Below, in pieces: positions 61,049 through 64,000 of a stretch of 64,000 nucleotides of DNA; position 1 is the first letter of the stretch, and each line of letters opens with the position of its first letter. The stretch lies in contig CAWCLH010000020.1 in assembly GCA_963796315.1 (NCBI GenBank), forward strand, positions 127,245 through 191,244, written 5' to 3'. A program made the translations under genes and the position numbers. This DNA is from an uncultured Actinomycetota bacterium (GTDB taxonomy: Bacteria; Actinomycetota; Thermoleophilia; RBG-16-64-13). A model generated the notes under the pieces. That model was given only the letters and a program-made list of their open reading frames with translations, did no database searches and was not told the DNA's origin.

Positions 61049-64000
<2,952 letters not shown>

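Overview
This window is roughly 70% G+C and looks like a bacterial chromosome segment. The tsaE-tsaB-rimI-tsaD-groES-groEL gene order, with a CIRCE element, resembles Actinobacteria.

Assembly quality: many conserved genes (groES, groEL, tsaB, tsaD, guaA, pyrE, pyrF, tldD/pmbA, nuo genes, uvrA, copCD) are split across reading frames by single-base indels. I therefore called genes by reading homology across frames, so coordinates are approximate near the shifts. Most of these 'pseudogenes' are probably assembly indel errors.

Gene content, in order:
- 5'-partial tungsten-type aldehyde:ferredoxin oxidoreductase plus two MoaD/ThiS-like small proteins.
- A 3-hexulose-6-phosphate synthase/RraA fusion (RuMP pathway), a YjbQ-family protein and a DUF2520 protein.
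- A PspC-domain protein, an FmdB-type zinc-ribbon protein and uracil-DNA glycosylase (family 4).
- The t6A cluster (tsaE, tsaB, rimI, tsaD) followed by CIRCE-regulated groES-groEL.
- tldD and pmbA (tldE), pyrE, HU, pyrF, a LysM protein, a PBP5-type DD-carboxypeptidase, a PfkB kinase, guaA and rsfS.
- A CPA2 cation:proton antiporter, a YbdK-type carboxylate-amine ligase, a ClC channel and tRNA-Ala(GGC) with its own promoter and terminator.
- A flavin monooxygenase, an SRPBCC protein and an NhaP (CPA1) antiporter, followed by a complex I membrane-arm-only cluster (nuoA-H-J-K-L-M-N, no nuoB/C/D/I/E/F/G).
- A MacB-like ABC pair (ATPase and FtsX-type permease).
- A PQQ-dependent alcohol dehydrogenase with an XoxF-like D-x-D motif.
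- A triheme cytochrome c fused to a cupredoxin domain, a CopC-CopD fusion, a cbb3-type oxidase (ccoN plus a ccoO/P fusion) and a cupredoxin lipoprotein.
- Several small membrane ORFs, an SLH-domain protein, and a 5'-partial uvrA running off the window end.

The most interesting find is a minus-strand mtbC-mtbB pair. mtbC is a corrinoid protein with the DxHxxG motif. mtbB is a dimethylamine methyltransferase with an in-frame TAG codon exactly where archaeal MtbB carries pyrrolysine. TAG is used as an ordinary stop by many other genes in the window, so this is gene-specific UAG recoding (pyrrolysine). Finding it in a high-GC, apparently aerobic methylotroph-like bacterium is unusual. A second in-frame TAG sits in the conserved C-terminal motif of uvrA.
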